Shown here in pieces: positions 60,407-64,000 of a stretch of DNA of 64,000 bases; the stretch's first letter is position 1, and the number at the start of each line of letters is the position of its first letter. Origin of the DNA: Eukaryota sp. GEM-RC1 (Eukaryota). The stretch lies in NCBI GenBank assembly GCA_040285855.1, contig JAUFOQ010000002.1, positions 1,054,001 through 1,118,000 on the forward strand, given 5' to 3'. The notes below the pieces were generated by a model. That model was not told the DNA's origin. It ran no database searches and worked only from the letters and a program-made list of their open reading frames with translations. A program made the position numbers and the translations under genes.

Positions 60407-61930
60407 CTAAAGTCGCAATACAGAGTTTTTATCCATGTGAAAAAGATGAGAAAAAGTAACTAATTTAGCACAATTACATTGAAGATCATTAGGAAAATTA
60501 GAGGGCCACAAGAAACATCGAAGTCTGAATGTTGTAGTCCATTGATGATCATTCAACAACAAACCATAAATCTGTGGAATTTGGTTAATCAAAGCCACTG
60601 AAAAACTGTCCTTCAAATCGATTAAAAAAATTTCGAACGCTGGATTTTTTTCTTTGGCCGAGCCAAGTCGAATTTTAAAATCCAGACATTCAAAATGCTT
60701 TAAAAGGTGTTTTTGGAGTTTCTTAAGAGCAACTTTTAACGAGATGACACATCGTTCTGGGATTTCACAAATATCTGCTGGAAAACAAGTTTGCCAGAGG
60801 TCAGGTGAAATTAGCGACAGTTCTGATCTCAAATTTACCAAGAAAAAAGTTGGTGGTTAAATTAATCACTTTATTACGTGGTTTACCGCCTGAACTAACT
60901 CTCGAATTATCTCGTAATTTTAATTCATTGCGCACAAATTATCTGGTTGGTAACAAAGACTTTTCACTTCCTTCTCATTGTTTCACTTCTACTTCTTTTG
61001 GTGGTATTGGGTCCACGAAACCTAAATACATGCGTGAAGGTCTTTTTGGGGTCTTTAAAGAATTTTTTGTTTGAATTTCAGAATCGTTATTCTGTGTTAT
61101 GGAAAACGAAAGATTTTTTACTTCACTCACCATACATTAGGGTTAGGTATTTACATCTCATCATAAGAAGATCTGATCTCGATCTGTCAAATCATCACAT
61201 TTATGACACACTGCATTCTTTGTTTGATGTAAAACGTGGAACCGCTACATTCACTGGCCTTGTTCTGCTACTAAGAGGAGTATTCATGTTGCAATCAGAC
61301 CCAACACTGAACTTCTCCACAAGTGATCTTCATTCACTGGAGTTTATTACACCTGCTGCTCTTTCCAATTTTCCTGTCAACCCCTTTGATCCTCACTCTC
61401 TTCCCTCTCCAGCTGAGCCACATCCCAACCCCGAATTGTTCCTCAATGCCCTACAACTGCTACAGACTCCACCACCACGTGTCTTGGCGAAGGATGATGT
61501 TCTGAGAGCATTGAGTGGATTGACACGAACAGTTAATCCCGACGTATTTCAAATCCTTTCATAGAACTTTTTGGGCTCAGATTCCATCTCTCTCGGAAAT
61601 TTCATCTCGTTTTATTGTATTCTCTACAAGTTTCACGTTAAAGAAATCACCAGTATTGATTCTATTCCTCCTTGCTTCTTCTATCTTCCTTCAAGTGAAC
61701 AAATTCCTGCTCAACCCGTCGCAAGTTGTGCATATTGTGTCTCATGCTCAGGTGTATGATACAAATCTCCTTCATCTTTAACTTCCTCTGGGATTGTTTA
61801 CTCTTATCTCACAGATCATGTCAGGGCCAATAGCATCTTCAAGATGGAAATTGATAAGTTCCAGTAAAAGGGGGTGAGCAGCTTTATCAATGGCAATTAC
61901 CTTATTGAAACTTTGGTGGGAGGAAGTGAA
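60407..61930. mobile_element. scrambled fragments of a non-LTR retrotransposon (CRE/R2-like)
   Basis: Plus strand 'LLRGLPP...FN' and 'FGGIG...FLGS' resemble the RT C-terminus/thumb. Minus strand 'FRLRC...CNC...T.SHL.H' resembles the zinc finger preceding an RLE. Many stops and frameshifts. Confidence 0.5.
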
Positions 61931-64000
61931 ACTCCGTCATATTTGGTTAAGTCCACTGCTTGCTCCAACTCTAAGTACTACTATACACAATTCGGCTAGA
62001 ATTTCCATCATCTATGGAATTATGATTATTCGTCGACGTATTCTGGTCACGTGACAAAGAAATGCTTCCATAAATCACGATTTGAATTAGTATGTAATTT
62101 GTTGCAAATAAATAAAAGTCATCAAACATGAATGTATGTATCATATTCTTGCAAAATATAGACAAGCGATGAACGAGTTGTTTTGAAGAAAATACCTTGA
62201 TTCTACAACAAAGCACATTACCACATTATATTATTATAGTATTGTATGTTGTGTTTTGTCGAATGAGACATTCTGTGCATTGGTGCCACATTAACAGGTG
62301 CAGACAAATAATTACACTATAATATACATTGCAATAAAGTCTAGTATATACTTTTTTATCCCTGGTTAGTTTTGTCGAGTATTTGATAATGTATCGACAA
62401 CAATAAACTGAAAGAAACTATTTCACCATTTAAATTTACAAAGCTGAACTCTTCACTAACTTATGGTCATAGTTGAGAACCAGACCACTTTTGAAAATAA
62501 AATACAATGCTGAATCAAAAATGACTAACAAAATAATATGACTGTTTGAAAAACAACCTTTCATTTTGTGATGCTCATTGAACAGAAATATATTTGGAAC
62601 ACAATTAAGGACCTTTAGTATAAGGTAAATGAAGAAATCATTTGGGATTATGTGATGTGACACCATGAGTTGGGAAATATAGAACCACAAAAAGTCCAAT
62701 ACAACATAATATAAAATAATACAAACAAGTGTATTTACGTATGTGGTATTTATTTTCCTTGGATTAATTGTCCTGTCGTCATTGGCAAATATCGAACTTT
62801 CTTCACATAACTCGTACAACGTTGTCTTAACTTAATAAGACACGATGCAAACAGTTGATCATACCGTTATGAATTAAAATGACTAAAGATTGTTCAGTCG
62901 TACAAAGCTTTCTACTGGCACTCTTCGATCACGTTTGCACCCATGAGTCTTGAGAAACAGTTACCTTTACTGTACAACTCGCATGAAAATACTGTTCGAA
63001 GAATTCTTATCAACAATCCTTGTCAAAATTTGTAGCTCCAAGATGGGGATGTAATAGATGAAGACTAGATTCTACTACATTAGCAATTCTTCACTAATGG
63101 ATCATAAACCCTGTTTTTCTCCATTATACTAGTACATGTACTAGAGTAACAGCAGAGATATTGCCAAAAAATATATTAAATTCATTTAAATATACTTTTC
63201 CACGTCCCTGGTTCTGCATCAGAACTTCTGATTCTCTTGCTTGTTCTATTCCCGTCATGATCGATGTTTCAGGGAGAGTTTGAACGATAATTGATTTCGA
63301 TTTCTCTTTCACAAAGAGGCAAAATTCTGTACGTATATATCGAATTATTATATATATTATTTGATAGTGATCATCTTTCAGCTTCAATATAATTCAAAAC
63401 TTATTTATTTATTTTAAATTCTATAATGTCTCAGTTTTGCTTTGCTGTCCTTTTGCCGAATTTATTTGGGGGCTTGTTCTTTGTTGTTCTAATATAGTAG
63501 ATGTCTCCCTGCGGAGATTTCTTGCTCTTCGGACACCCCAGCTGTGGTTTAAATGGGATCAAGTTCTGATCGAATTCTAAGAGGATTGTCATGCTCACGT
63601 TGCAGCGAAGATAACTTAAATTTTAGTGTATTCACATCTTGCGATTGTTGTATGATTGGAATTAACAGATTCCTTCTTGATAAATGCTCAACGAAATCAT
63701 TGAGTTTCCGTAATTAAAAGTTAATTTATTGAGTTTCTTTTAGAATGGTCCTTTGATCACAAGAAAACTTCCTTTATTTGGTCAGAACATTAATGCAGTC
63801 GTACACAACACTTCCAGTTTTTTCACTCTTTGTTTTATTAATCCAAATCAACGTTAATGCACAATTTATATATTGTTCTCTTTGAATTAATAATTATCAG
63901 TCTCATTCAAAACGGAATGATATTTTACGACGTTTTCTATCTTGTTCGAGAAAACTACCTTGTTCCAGGCAGCTGTTGCTGTAACAAACGACCGGTTGAA

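Noticed and set aside
61970..64000. Short AT-rich minus-strand ORFs at the window end
   Set aside because: They are fragmentary with no recognisable motif. They may be decayed mobile DNA but cannot be supported.

Overview
This is a gene-dense segment of a eukaryotic microbial genome, most likely a flagellated protist given BBS1 and kintoun homologues. It uses the standard genetic code and has very short GT-AG introns (27-37 nt). About 25 genes are recognisable: fibrillarin, an FPP/GGPP synthase, an RME-8-like protein, two TmcB-like receptors, ArfGAP, PSMD9, BBS1, a kintoun-like protein, DCAF7, Orc1/Cdc6, RPB4, TFB5, Ras, ARMC8-like, a permuted papain-like enzyme and tRNA-Leu(AAG). Many genes sit in head-to-head pairs 40-100 bp apart. 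About 16 reading-frame breaks, nearly all at short homopolymer runs, are probably long-read errors. Intergenic space holds at least six different 0.85-1.0 kb hAT-type non-autonomous transposons, each with its own subterminal repeat motif; two have perfect 8-bp TSDs. The last 9 kb holds nested transposons whose insertion order can be read, a DEAH helicase pseudogene, retroelement fragments, and a prokaryote-type PD-(D/E)XK gene broken by a palindromic 19-nt insertion. The most notable observations are the fixed branch-point geometry of the introns, an RME-8 lacking its J-domain, TmcB receptors with repeated bacterial-type sensor modules, and the hAT family diversity. All assignments come from reading motifs by eye, without database searches.
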